Below, piece by piece: positions 9,998-21,170 of a DNA stretch of 64,000 bases. Source of the DNA: Candidatus Eiseniibacteriota bacterium (GTDB lineage Bacteria > Eisenbacteria > RBG-16-71-46). Location of the stretch: contig JBGPFC010000005.1 in NCBI GenBank assembly GCA_041483195.1, forward strand, positions 64,001 to 128,000. Reading direction: 5' to 3'. The notes below the pieces were generated by a model. It ran no database searches, was not told where the DNA came from, and was given only the letters and a program-made list of their open reading frames with translations. Every line of letters starts with the position of its first letter. The first letter of the stretch is position 1. A program made the position numbers and the translations under genes.

Positions 9998-11989
9998 GTG
10001 CCCCACTCGTCGATGCTCGAGTCGGTATCCATGGATGGCTTGCGGCACGACGCGCTGCGCGAGTTGTTGCGGCGGGTGGACGAGGTGCGCGGACTCTCCG
10101 AGCGCTCCGACGTCCCGACCGCGCTCGTTCCCGGCGACACCGACGCGCTGATCCGCACCCTGAGCGAGCTGGTCGAGGAGCTCGAGCGGAGCCATCGCCG
10201 CCTGATCGAGACCAACGTCCAGCTGGTCTCGCTGCGCGAGGTCGCGAGCAGCATGGTGAGCGCGCTGGATGCGGGTGAGACCACCCGCACCGTCACGCGC
10301 TACCTGTGCCGCGCGTTCGGTTTCGAGGACGTGTTCCTGCTCCTGATCGATCGCGAGGCCGGCCGGCTGGAGGGTACCTGGACCCATCGCGCGGGGGAGC
10401 GCGAGCACAGCCATGCCCTCGACCTGCCGCTGCTCGGCGACCACGGCTCGCTGACCCGCGCGCTCTGGCTGAACCGCACCGTGGTACAGCACGCGCCGCG
10501 CTTCCACCTGCCCGCGCTGCTGCCCGACGGCCACCCGCTGCAGGACACGTTCGAGGGGCTGGGACAGGTGGTCAGCGTCCCGCTGCAGCGGAGCCATCTG
10601 GTGCTGCCCGCGACCGAGCCCCACGAGCTGTGCGGGGCGCGCTGCATCCTGGGCGACGCCACGCTGCTCGCCCCGCCCCCGGGCCCGTCCGCTGAGCACT
10701 GGGCGCTGGAGCGCGAGGAGCGCCAGCAGCACTGCCTGCAGTGCGACCTGCTCCCGGTGCTGGGGGTGATCGGCATCGCGCGCCGCGCGGCGACGCTCCC
10801 GGAGGACGGGGGGGACGCGACCCTGCTCGAGTCGATCGCGCTCTCGGTGGCCCCGGTCGTTGAGAACGCCCGGCTCTACCAGGAGCTGCGGCGGAGCGAG
10901 CGCTTCCGCGAGCACGTGCTCGACAGCATGTCGAGCGCGCTGGTCGCGGTCAACATGAAGGGCGAGATCCTGACGTTCAATCGTGCGGCCGAGGAACTAC
11001 TCGGGTACCCGGAGGCGGAAGTGCTGGGGCAGCCCTTCGGCGCGTTGTTCGGCGGCGAGGGCGAGGCCCTGCTGCGCTCGACCCTGGAGCACGGCCGCGA
11101 GACCCGGCGCGAGGAGACCGTGTTGCGCGCCCGCGACGGCGCGCCGGTCCCGGTGAGCCTCACGACCTCGCTGCTGCGCCAGGAGCGCCGCAACATCTAC
11201 GGCGCGATCGCCACCTTCGTGGACCTGACCCCCATCAAGCGCGCGGAGGAGCACGCGCGCCGCCTCGACCGGCTCGCGGCGCTCGGACGCTTCACGTCGA
11301 GTGTCGCGCACGAGATCCGCAATCCGCTCACCGGCATCGCGGCCGGCGTGCAGTATCTCACCCGCCGCCTCGGCGTCGACGACCCGCAGCGGGAGAATCT
11401 CGACTTCATCCAGAGCGAGATCAAGCGCCTCGACCGCATCCTCCAGGACCTGTTCGACATCACGCACCCGCGTGAATTGCGGCTCGAGGTCACGCCGGTC
11501 GAGGACGCCGCCCGGCGCGCGATCCACTGCGTCGAGGCGTTGAGCGCGGAACGCGGGGTGACGATCCGGCTCGAGGTCGCGCCGCGCACGCCGGCGGTCG
11601 CGCACGACGCCGAGCAGATCGAGCAGGTGCTCATCAACCTCATCAAGAACGGGATCGAGGCCTCGCCCACGGACGCGCCGCTCGACGTCGTGCTCGGCCC
11701 GTCCGCGGCGCCGGCGCGCGGCAGCACCGGTTCACCGCGCCCGCGCCCCTCGGCGCCCGGTATCGTGCTGCGCATCCAGGACCGGGGCTGCGGCATCCCC
11801 TCCGAGCACCTCCGCACGGTATTCGAGCCCTTCTTCACGACCAAGCCCGGCGGCAGCGGGCTCGGTCTGTACATCAGCCACGACATCGTGAAGCGACACG
11901 GCGGCAGCATGACCGTGCTCAGCGAGGCAGGACGCGGCACCACCTTCGTGGTCGAGCTGCCGCTGGAACACACCGGAGGGAACCCATGA
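9998..11989 (+). CDS. Cytoplasmic sensor histidine kinase (coiled coil-GAF-PAS-HisKA-HATPase)
   Basis: VAHEIRNPL H-box, NLIKNG N-box, DRGCGI, FFTTK, GSGLGL; PAS (FNRAAEELLGY); no TM segment; start uncertain (9998/10013/10031). Confidence 0.92.
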   Translation: MPHSSMLESVSMDGLRHDALRELLRRVDEVRGLSERSDVPTALVPGDTDALIRTLSELVEELERSHRRLIETNVQLVSLREVASSMVSALDAGETTRTVTRYLCRAFGFEDVFLLLIDREAGRLEGTWTHRAGEREHSHALDLPLLGDHGSLTRALWLNRTVVQHAPRFHLPALLPDGHPLQDTFEGLGQVVSVPLQRSHLVLPATEPHELCGARCILGDATLLAPPPGPSAEHWALEREERQQHCLQCDLLPVLGVIGIARRAATLPEDGGDATLLESIALSVAPVVENARLYQELRRSERFREHVLDSMSSALVAVNMKGEILTFNRAAEELLGYPEAEVLGQPFGALFGGEGEALLRSTLEHGRETRREETVLRARDGAPVPVSLTTSLLRQERRNIYGAIATFVDLTPIKRAEEHARRLDRLAALGRFTSSVAHEIRNPLTGIAAGVQYLTRRLGVDDPQRENLDFIQSEIKRLDRILQDLFDITHPRELRLEVTPVEDAARRAIHCVEALSAERGVTIRLEVAPRTPAVAHDAEQIEQVLINLIKNGIEASPTDAPLDVVLGPSAAPARGSTGSPRPRPSAPGIVLRIQDRGCGIPSEHLRTVFEPFFTTKPGGSGLGLYISHDIVKRHGGSMTVLSEAGRGTTFVVELPLEHTGGNP

Positions 11990-13410
11990 GCAAGGCCAAG
12001 ATCCTGGTCGTGGACGACCAGGATTCGATCCGACACTTCGTGAGCAAGGCTTTCGAGGCCGAGGGCTACGACGTCCAGACCACGGGCTCCGTCCGCGAGA
12101 CGCGTGAGGCGCTCGAGGCCGGCATCCCCGATCTCGCCGTGCTCGATCTCAAGCTGCCGGACGGCTCCGGCCTCGATCTGCTGCGCGAGATCAAGCGACT
12201 GGACCCCGACGTGGGCGTGATCCTCATGACGGCGTTCGGCGAGCTCGAGACCGCGGTCGAGGCCATGCACGCCGGTGCGTACTGGTTCGTGAAGAAACCG
12301 TTCCAGAACGAGGAGCTCATGGCGCTCGCGGCCCGCGCCCTCGACTCGCAGAAGATGCGGCTGGTGCTGCGGCGGCTGCGTCATCAGGCGTTCGCCGACG
12401 AGGACTTCCTCCACTCGTCGTCGCCCGCCATGCAGGAGGCCTACGCGATCGCGGAGCAGGTGGCGCGCGGGGACACCACCAGCGTGCTGATCGAGGGGGA
12501 GAGCGGGACCGGCAAGGAGTACTTCGCCAATCTCATCCACCGCATGAGCGCCCGGCACGACCAGCCGTTCGTCGAGATCAACTGCGCCGCCATCCCCAGC
12601 GAGCTGCTCGAGAGCGAGCTGTTCGGCCACGAGAAGGGCGCGTTCACGGATGCCCGCGCCCAGAAACAGGGCCTCATGGAGCTGGCGAGCGGCGGGACGC
12701 TGTTCCTCGACGAGATCGGGGAGATGAACCCGATGCTGCAGGTCAAGCTGCTGCGCGTGCTCGAGCGCCGCATCTTCAAGCGGGTCGGCGGCACCAAGGA
12801 CATCAGCGTCAACCTGCGCGTCATCTCGGCGACCAACCAGAACCTCGAGAAGATGGCGCGCGAGGGCGGGTTCCGCGAGGACCTCTACTACCGGCTCAAG
12901 GTCGTGCCGCTCTACGTGCCGCCGCTGCGGGAGCGCAAGGAGGACATCATCCCGCTCTCGCGCCTCTTCATGGACCGCTTCTCGCGGCAGTTCCGAAAGC
13001 CGTTCCGCGACATCACCCCGGCCGCCGAGCGACTGCTGCTCGACTACCCGTGGCCTGGCAACATCCGCGAGCTGAAGAACCTGTTCGAGCGCACCGTGCT
13101 GCTGGAGGCGGCCGAGATGCTCGAGCCGCAGCACCTCAAGCTGGTGTCGCGCTCGCGTCCGGCGGCGGAGAGCACGCTCGGCCAGCGCATCGACGAATTC
13201 ATGAACGGCACGCTTCCGGCGGAGGGGGTTCCCTTCGAGGCGGTGGTCGAGGAGCTGGAGCGCGCCTTGATTCTGCGGGCCTCGTATGCTACCAAGTGGA
13301 ACCAGAGTCGCACCGCGGACCTGCTGAACCTGAAGCGCGACAAGCTGCGCTACCGCATGAAGCTCTACGACCTGCACCCGGAGAACGGTTCCGCCACGCT
13401 CTCCCCCTAG
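11986..13410 (+). CDS. Sigma54-dependent response regulator (NtrC/AtoC family)
   Basis: REC domain (VVDD, LDLKLPD), Walker [15 protein letters not shown] loop, [17 protein letters not shown]-terminal Fis-type HTH. Confidence 0.96.
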   Translation: MSKAKILVVDDQDSIRHFVSKAFEAEGYDVQTTGSVRETREALEAGIPDLAVLDLKLPDGSGLDLLREIKRLDPDVGVILMTAFGELETAVEAMHAGAYWFVKKPFQNEELMALAARALDSQKMRLVLRRLRHQAFADEDFLHSSSPAMQEAYAIAEQVARGDTTSVLIEGESGTGKEYFANLIHRMSARHDQPFVEINCAAIPSELLESELFGHEKGAFTDARAQKQGLMELASGGTLFLDEIGEMNPMLQVKLLRVLERRIFKRVGGTKDISVNLRVISATNQNLEKMAREGGFREDLYYRLKVVPLYVPPLRERKEDIIPLSRLFMDRFSRQFRKPFRDITPAAERLLLDYPWPGNIRELKNLFERTVLLEAAEMLEPQHLKLVSRSRPAAESTLGQRIDEFMNGTLPAEGVPFEAVVEELERALILRASYATKWNQSRTADLLNLKRDKLRYRMKLYDLHPENGSATLSP

Positions 13411-13419
13411 GCCCACCGC

Positions 13420-13932
13420 TTGCCGAACCGCCTGACGAGCATCGTCCTGATGGGTATCGCGCTCGTCGCCGGTTCGTGCGCGTACGGCACCAGCACCGCG
13501 CTGCTGCCGGCCCACCTCAAGTCGGTGGCGATCCCCGCCTTCGAGAACACCACGTCCGACTACACGCTCCAGCAGGAGCTGACCGACGCGGTCGTGACGC
13601 GATTCGTACAGGACAATCACCTGCGCATCGTGGACGAGCACACCGCGGACGCGGTGGTGCGCGGCAAGATCATCGGATACAAGAACTCGGTGTTCGGGTT
13701 CTCCACCGAAGCCCGCGCCCAGGAATACCGGGTGACGATCACGGTCTCCGTCGTCTTCAAGGACCAGGTGAAGAACCGCGAGATCTGGAGCGAACCCAAC
13801 CTGGTGAAGACCGCGAACTATTACGTGCAGGACGTCCCCGGCCAGACCGCGAAGACCGAGCTCGACGGGCGCAAGGAAGCCGTCCAGAAGATCGCCGATG
13901 AAATCCTCAGCCGGTCGGTCGAGAGCTGGTAG
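13420..13932 (+). CDS. lptE: LptE-family LPS assembly lipoprotein
   Basis: Lipobox AGSC followed by AYG, LPAHLKSVAIPAFEN, ADAVVRGKI; adjacent to holA and leuS. Confidence 0.85.
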   Translation: MPNRLTSIVLMGIALVAGSCAYGTSTALLPAHLKSVAIPAFENTTSDYTLQQELTDAVVTRFVQDNHLRIVDEHTADAVVRGKIIGYKNSVFGFSTEARAQEYRVTITVSVVFKDQVKNREIWSEPNLVKTANYYVQDVPGQTAKTELDGRKEAVQKIADEILSRSVESW

Positions 13933-14956
13933 CGGCGCGGCCGCCGCGGCGCGCCCCTCCGCGGCCCCCGCCCGGAACCGCGCGGTTCCCGCGCTGCCCA
14001 CCGCCGAGCTGTTCGAGCGTTTCGATCGGGGCGCGTTCCCTTCCACGCTCTACGTCGAGGGGCCGAGCGAGCCGCTGAAGGCCGCCCTGCTCGCGGAGCT
14101 GCGCCACGCGTGGGCCGCCGCGACGCCGCAGTCGCCCGCTGCGCGCGTATTGCGCGCCGCCGAATCGAGCGCCGAGGAAATCCTCGCGATCTTCCAGGGC
14201 GCTTCGCTGTTCAGCCCGCGCGATCTGGTGATCGTCCTCGAGGTGGAAGACCTCGCACGCAGCGAGAAACGTGCGACCGCCCTCGCGCAGGGGCTCTCGC
14301 GCCCCGCCGGCGAATCGACGCTGGTGCTGGTCGAATCCGCATCCGACGCCGCGCGCAAGTCACTGGACGAGGTGCGGTCCGCATGCGCCGCACGGTGGAT
14401 CGCGTGGCCGGCGCCGCGCGCCGAGCTGCGCGCATGGGGCGCGCGCCGCCTCGCCCGCGAGCGGGTGGAAGCGGAGCGCGGAGCGCTCGAAGCGGTGGTC
14501 GAGGCGTGCGAGGGCGACGCGCTCGCATTCTTCAACGAGCTCGGCAAGCTGATCGCGCTGGCCGCGCCGGGCGGACGTCTCGGAGCGGACGACGTCGCGG
14601 CCGTGCTCCGGCCGGCACTCGGCGCCGAGCTTCCGGAATACCTCGCCGCGGTCGCGCTCGGCCAGCCGGCGATCGCCTCTCAGCGGCTGGGCCGCCTGCT
14701 GGCGGCGGGAGTGGGCGAGGGGGCGGTCCTCTTCTCGCTCTCGAACCTGGTGGGCGGCGCGCTCGGCGGCTGGGCGCGCAGCCCCGATCTGAGTGCCGCG
14801 CTGCGGCGCAGGCTCCCGCCGCGGGCGCTGAGCCGCGCGCTGGACGCGATGTATCGCGCCGAGGCGGCCTGGAAGGGCGGCCGCGCGGACGTGGTGGCGG
14901 TGCTGGAGCAGGCGACGCGCTCGGTGTGCGCCCCGGACCTTCCCGGAGATCGCTGA
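13898..14956 (+). CDS. holA: DNA polymerase III delta subunit (divergent)
   Basis: Follows lptE; LYVEGPSE, SLFSPRDLVIV, GDALAFFNELGKL and C-terminal AEAAWKGG match the HolA pattern; start uncertain. Confidence 0.8.
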   Translation: MKSSAGRSRAGSGAAAAARPSAAPARNRAVPALPTAELFERFDRGAFPSTLYVEGPSEPLKAALLAELRHAWAAATPQSPAARVLRAAESSAEEILAIFQGASLFSPRDLVIVLEVEDLARSEKRATALAQGLSRPAGESTLVLVESASDAARKSLDEVRSACAARWIAWPAPRAELRAWGARRLARERVEAERGALEAVVEACEGDALAFFNELGKLIALAAPGGRLGADDVAAVLRPALGAELPEYLAAVALGQPAIASQRLGRLLAAGVGEGAVLFSLSNLVGGALGGWARSPDLSAALRRRLPPRALSRALDAMYRAEAAWKGGRADVVAVLEQATRSVCAPDLPGDR

Positions 14957-15031
14957 TCCCTCCGCCGCCGGCGTGACGGCCGCCGCCGCTGCGGTTATTC
15001 TCCGAGTCTCACCCCTCTCACGGGATCGGTC

Positions 15032-17482
<2,451 letters not shown>

Positions 17483-17487
17483 CGGCC

Positions 17488-17519
17488 GGGCGCGGGAGGG
17501 ATTCGGGCTTCCCGCGCCC
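17488..17519 (+). terminator. GC-rich stem-loop after leuS (possible terminator, no U-tract)
   Basis: GGGCGCGGGAGG-N8-CTTCCCGCGCCC, a 12-bp stem just after the stop codon. Confidence 0.5.
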
Positions 17520-17572
17520 GCCGGCCCGGATCTCGAACGACTCGCGGGCGGCGGCTCTGTCGCACGGTCGTA

Positions 17573-17600
17573 GGTTTACATAATAACTCTTATGCGACAT
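17573..17600 (-). other. dif: Chromosomal dif site (XerC/XerD recombination site)
   Basis: Minus strand ATGTCGCATAA-GAGTTA-TTATGTAAACC: 11-6-11 layout with conserved CGCATAA/TTATG inner cores; AT-rich in a GC-rich intergenic gap; gene polarity switches nearby. Confidence 0.9.
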
Positions 17601-17692
17601 GCACCCCGGAGCCCGGGCAGCGGCCTTCGCGGCCATTCGCCCCCGATCCGCGCCGCCACGGCCCTCGCCCTCCGATCCGCTATGCTGCCCTC

Positions 17693-19051
17693 ATGCGATC
17701 CATCAACCCCACGACCGGCCGGCTGATCGCCGAATATCCCGAGCATGGGGCCGCGGCGGTCGACGCACGGCTCGCGGCCGCGCGCACGGCGCAGTCGGCG
17801 TGGCGGGGATCCGAGCCCGCATTCCGCGCCGGCCGCCTCCTCGAGGCGGCGCGCCTCCTGCGGCAACGCCGGTCCGAACTCGCCGGGCTCATGACCATGG
17901 AAATGGGAAAGCCCATCGCCGCCGCCGAGGCCGAAGTCGAGAAATGCACATGGGTCTGCGAGCACTACGCTCAGCATGGAGCGCGCATGCTCGAACCCGA
18001 GACGATCGCGACCGACGCATCGCGCAGCCTGGTGCGATACGAGCCGCTGGGCCTGGTGCTCGCGGTCATGCCGTGGAATTTCCCGCTGTGGCAGGTATTC
18101 CGGTGCGCGGCGCCGGCGCTCGCCGCGGGTAACGGCGTCGTGTTGAAGCACGCCTCGAACGTGCCGGGCTGCGCGCTCGCGATCGAGTCGGTGTTCGAGG
18201 CGAGCGGCCTGCCACCCGGGTTGTTCACGACGCTCCTGGTGCCGTCGTCCGCCGTCCCATCCTTGATCGCGCATCCCGCGATCGCCGCGGTCTCCCTGAC
18301 CGGCAGCGAGGCCGCGGGCGCCGCGGTCGCGGCAGCTGCCGGGATGTCGATCAAGAAGACGGTGCTCGAGCTCGGCGGCTCGGATCCGTTCATCGTGCTC
18401 GCCGACGCCGATCCCGAGCGGGTCGCGGAGCATGCGGTCGTTGCGCGCACCCTCAACAACGGGCAGAGCTGCATCGCGGCCAAGCGCTTCATCGTCGAGG
18501 CGAAGGTCGCGGCCCGCTTCGAGCGCGCGATGATCCGGCGCATGTCGGATCTCGTGATGGGCGATCCCGCCGATCGCGCGGTGCAGATCGGGCCGCTCGC
18601 CCGCGGCGACTTGCGCGAAGAGCTCCATGCGCTGGTCTCGGACTCGATCGCAGGCGGCGCGGCGCTCCGCCTGGGCGGACGCATCCCAGAGGGTCCCGGC
18701 TTCTTCTACCCGCCGACTGTCCTCGCCGGCGTCGCGCCCGGGATGCCGGCGTTCGACGAGGAAACGTTCGGCCCGGTGGCGGCGCTCACGGCGGCGCGTG
18801 ACGCGGACGATGCCATCGCGCTGGCGAATCGCTCGCGATTCGGTCTCGGCGCGAGCGTGTGGACGGCGGACCCCGCGCGCGGCGAGGCCCTGGCCGCGGA
18901 GATCGAGGCCGGAGCGGTGTTCGTGAACGGCATCGTGAAGTCCGACCCGCGGCTCCCGTTCGGCGGCATCAAGCGATCGGGATTCGGGCGCGAGCTCGCC
19001 GTGCATGGCATCCGTGAGTTCGTGAACGCGAAGACGGTCTGGGTGCGCTGA
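17693..19051 (+). CDS. NAD(P)-dependent succinate-semialdehyde dehydrogenase-like aldehyde dehydrogenase (Sad/GabD-like)
   Basis: MPWNFP, LKHAS, LTGS, ELGGSD, NGQSCIA (catalytic Cys), EETFGP and PFGGIKRSG motifs. Confidence 0.93.
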   Translation: MRSINPTTGRLIAEYPEHGAAAVDARLAAARTAQSAWRGSEPAFRAGRLLEAARLLRQRRSELAGLMTMEMGKPIAAAEAEVEKCTWVCEHYAQHGARMLEPETIATDASRSLVRYEPLGLVLAVMPWNFPLWQVFRCAAPALAAGNGVVLKHASNVPGCALAIESVFEASGLPPGLFTTLLVPSSAVPSLIAHPAIAAVSLTGSEAAGAAVAAAAGMSIKKTVLELGGSDPFIVLADADPERVAEHAVVARTLNNGQSCIAAKRFIVEAKVAARFERAMIRRMSDLVMGDPADRAVQIGPLARGDLREELHALVSDSIAGGAALRLGGRIPEGPGFFYPPTVLAGVAPGMPAFDEETFGPVAALTAARDADDAIALANRSRFGLGASVWTADPARGEALAAEIEAGAVFVNGIVKSDPRLPFGGIKRSGFGRELAVHGIREFVNAKTVWVR

Positions 19052-19097
19052 GGCTCTCCGGCCCGCGCGGCCGGGGTCCCTCCCGCACCGCGCCCGC

Positions 19098-21170
19098 CTA
19101 GCGGCGTGGCGCGGCGGGCAACTGCGCGGCGGCCGGGAACTTCCTGCGGAGCGCGTCCACCCAGCCGTGTGCCTCCGCGTCGCGCGCACCCTCATCGCCG
19201 GAGATCGAGAAGTAGTGCTCGAACGATGCGACGGCCTCGAGATAACGCTCGTGCTGCAGCTGCACCATGCCCCAGCGGCGCCACGCCCCCGGCCACTCCG
19301 GCGCGAGCGCCCGCGCCGCGTACGCCTCGACCAGCGCGGGGGCTTCCGACGGAGCGGTGACGAGATAGAGATCCGAGAGCAGCGCGTGCGCCCCGGGGTC
19401 GAGCGCGTGGGCGGTGATGGCCAGCCGCGCCACCCCCAGCGCGCCAACGGTGTCGCGCGCGCGCAGGGCCGCGAGCGCGCGCGCGAGCTCGGGGGCCGGC
19501 CCCGGAGCCGGGGTGACTCCCGCGCGACGCAGCGCCTCGATCGCGGAAGCGCGATCGCCTCCATCGAGATCGATCCACGCCAGCCAGTACTGCGCCAGCG
19601 GATCTTCGGGAGTCTTTCCGATCTGGTAGAGGAGCGCCGCGCGCGCCGAGGCCGGCCGGTCACTCACCAGCGAGCCGGAGGCGAGCCGGTAGAACACATC
19701 GCCATCGGCTTCGCTCTCGCTCAACGAGTCGTCGCGGACTTCGAAGAAGAAGAGCGGCCCGCGCGTCGCCTTCTCGGCATCGAAGTCGGTCGCGAAGTAC
19801 GAGCGCAGGCTGGTGTCCCGATACGACCAGCGCACGACCGGCCCGTCGCCGGTTTGAAATCCCACGTTTCCCGCGAGCCCGGCGAAGAACAGCGTGCTGC
19901 GCGGCGGAACGACCGGGCGGGCCGCGCGGAGCTGCCTCAGGTAACGCTGCACCGTGCTCGAGGCGCGCGCGATGTAGAAGCGGTTGATGTGCGAACGGGC
20001 GCTCCACGCGTCGCGCACTGGCGCGAATTGGTCGAGCGCCGACGATCGCGCGGAGCCCGACGCGACGATCGCGACCACCGCCAACGCGAGGGCCGGGGGC
20101 CGCGGCGCGAGCCACGCGCCGAGCGCGAGCGCCACGCCACACAGCGCGAAGAGATAGTAGTAGGCGCTCCAGATCGCGGCGACCGGCGCGATCGGCAGCG
20201 TGCCCGCGAGCGCCCACACCAGCCCCACCGCGATCGCGCGCGCGGCGCGCGGCCCGCCCCGCGAAGCTCCGCGCGCGGGAGCGACCCAGGCCAGCGCGGC
20301 CAGCACGATCGCGAGCGGAACCACCGGCGGCCGCGCGCCCGCGAGCCGCGTGAATCCTCCGGTGCGCCATTCGAGCCCGACCGAGACCTGCGCGAGATGC
20401 GCGAGTGCGGCCAGCGCGCCGCCCGGGGTGATCGCCAGCGCATCGCCCGGGCCCCCGCGCGCCCGCGCTGCGACGAACGCCAGCAGCCCCCATGCGCCCA
20501 CCGCGATCCCGAGCGGCCACCCGCGTCGCGCCGCACGCGACCACGATTCACCGGGGCGCGCCTCCGCGATGACCGCGACCACCGGCGCGAGCAGCACGAC
20601 CTCCTTCGAGAGCGCGGCGAGCAGCAGCGCCGCGCCCGCCAGCGCTCGCCGCCCCGCGATGTGAAGCCGGATCGCGGCGAGCGCGCCTGCCACGGCGAGC
20701 AGGTCCTGGCTCCCGCTCGCCCAGCGCACCGGCACGTCCGCCGCGTAGTGCATGGCCAGCAACCCGGCGGCGATCAGCGCGGCGCGCGCGCCGGCGAGCC
20801 GGCGTGCCACGGAGTACGAAAGCGCGAGCACCGCCAGCCACAGGCCTAGATTGACGGCGTGAAAAACGGCGGGTGATTCGCCTCCCGCGCGCGCGACCAG
20901 CCAGAAGTAGAGCTGCCGTGAGACCGGCCGGTGGAAGTTTCCGATCGGATCGGGGGCGAGCAGGGCGGCCAGCCACGCGCGGCCGCGCACCGCATCGAGG
21001 AACAGGAAGTCGTCCGCGAAGAACGGGAGGCGGAGCGCCGGCCACCCGAGCCAGGCGGCGGCCGCCAGCAGCATGAGCAGCGCGAGCGGCGCACGCCACC
21101 CGCGATCGGCCCGCGTCGCGGGCGGCGCGGCGCTCGCTCTGCCGCCCGCGACCGCCGGCTCGCGGATCAC
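19098..21170 (-). CDS. Multi-pass GT-C-type glycosyltransferase-like membrane protein with C-terminal TPR repeats (TMTC-like)
   Basis: FFADDF, FHRPVS, FHAVNL, VRWASG and LLSKE followed by many TM helices and TPR-like helices; GTG at 21170 overlaps the GH57 stop; real part of track ORF 19098..22508. Confidence 0.72.
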   Translation of the reverse strand: MIREPAVAGGRASAAPPATRADRGWRAPLALLMLLAAAAWLGWPALRLPFFADDFLFLDAVRGRAWLAALLAPDPIGNFHRPVSRQLYFWLVARAGGESPAVFHAVNLGLWLAVLALSYSVARRLAGARAALIAAGLLAMHYAADVPVRWASGSQDLLAVAGALAAIRLHIAGRRALAGAALLLAALSKEVVLLAPVVAVIAEARPGESWSRAARRGWPLGIAVGAWGLLAFVAARARGGPGDALAITPGGALAALAHLAQVSVGLEWRTGGFTRLAGARPPVVPLAIVLAALAWVAPARGASRGGPRAARAIAVGLVWALAGTLPIAPVAAIWSAYYYLFALCGVALALGAWLAPRPPALALAVVAIVASGSARSSALDQFAPVRDAWSARSHINRFYIARASSTVQRYLRQLRAARPVVPPRSTLFFAGLAGNVGFQTGDGPVVRWSYRDTSLRSYFATDFDAEKATRGPLFFFEVRDDSLSESEADGDVFYRLASGSLVSDRPASARAALLYQIGKTPEDPLAQYWLAWIDLDGGDRASAIEALRRAGVTPAPGPAPELARALAALRARDTVGALGVARLAITAHALDPGAHALLSDLYLVTAPSEAPALVEAYAARALAPEWPGAWRRWGMVQLQHERYLEAVASFEHYFSISGDEGARDAEAHGWVDALRRKFPAAAQLPAAPRR

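Noticed and set aside
11197..14046. 949-aa minus-strand ORF
   Set aside because: Antisense shadow of the kinase, regulator and lptE genes
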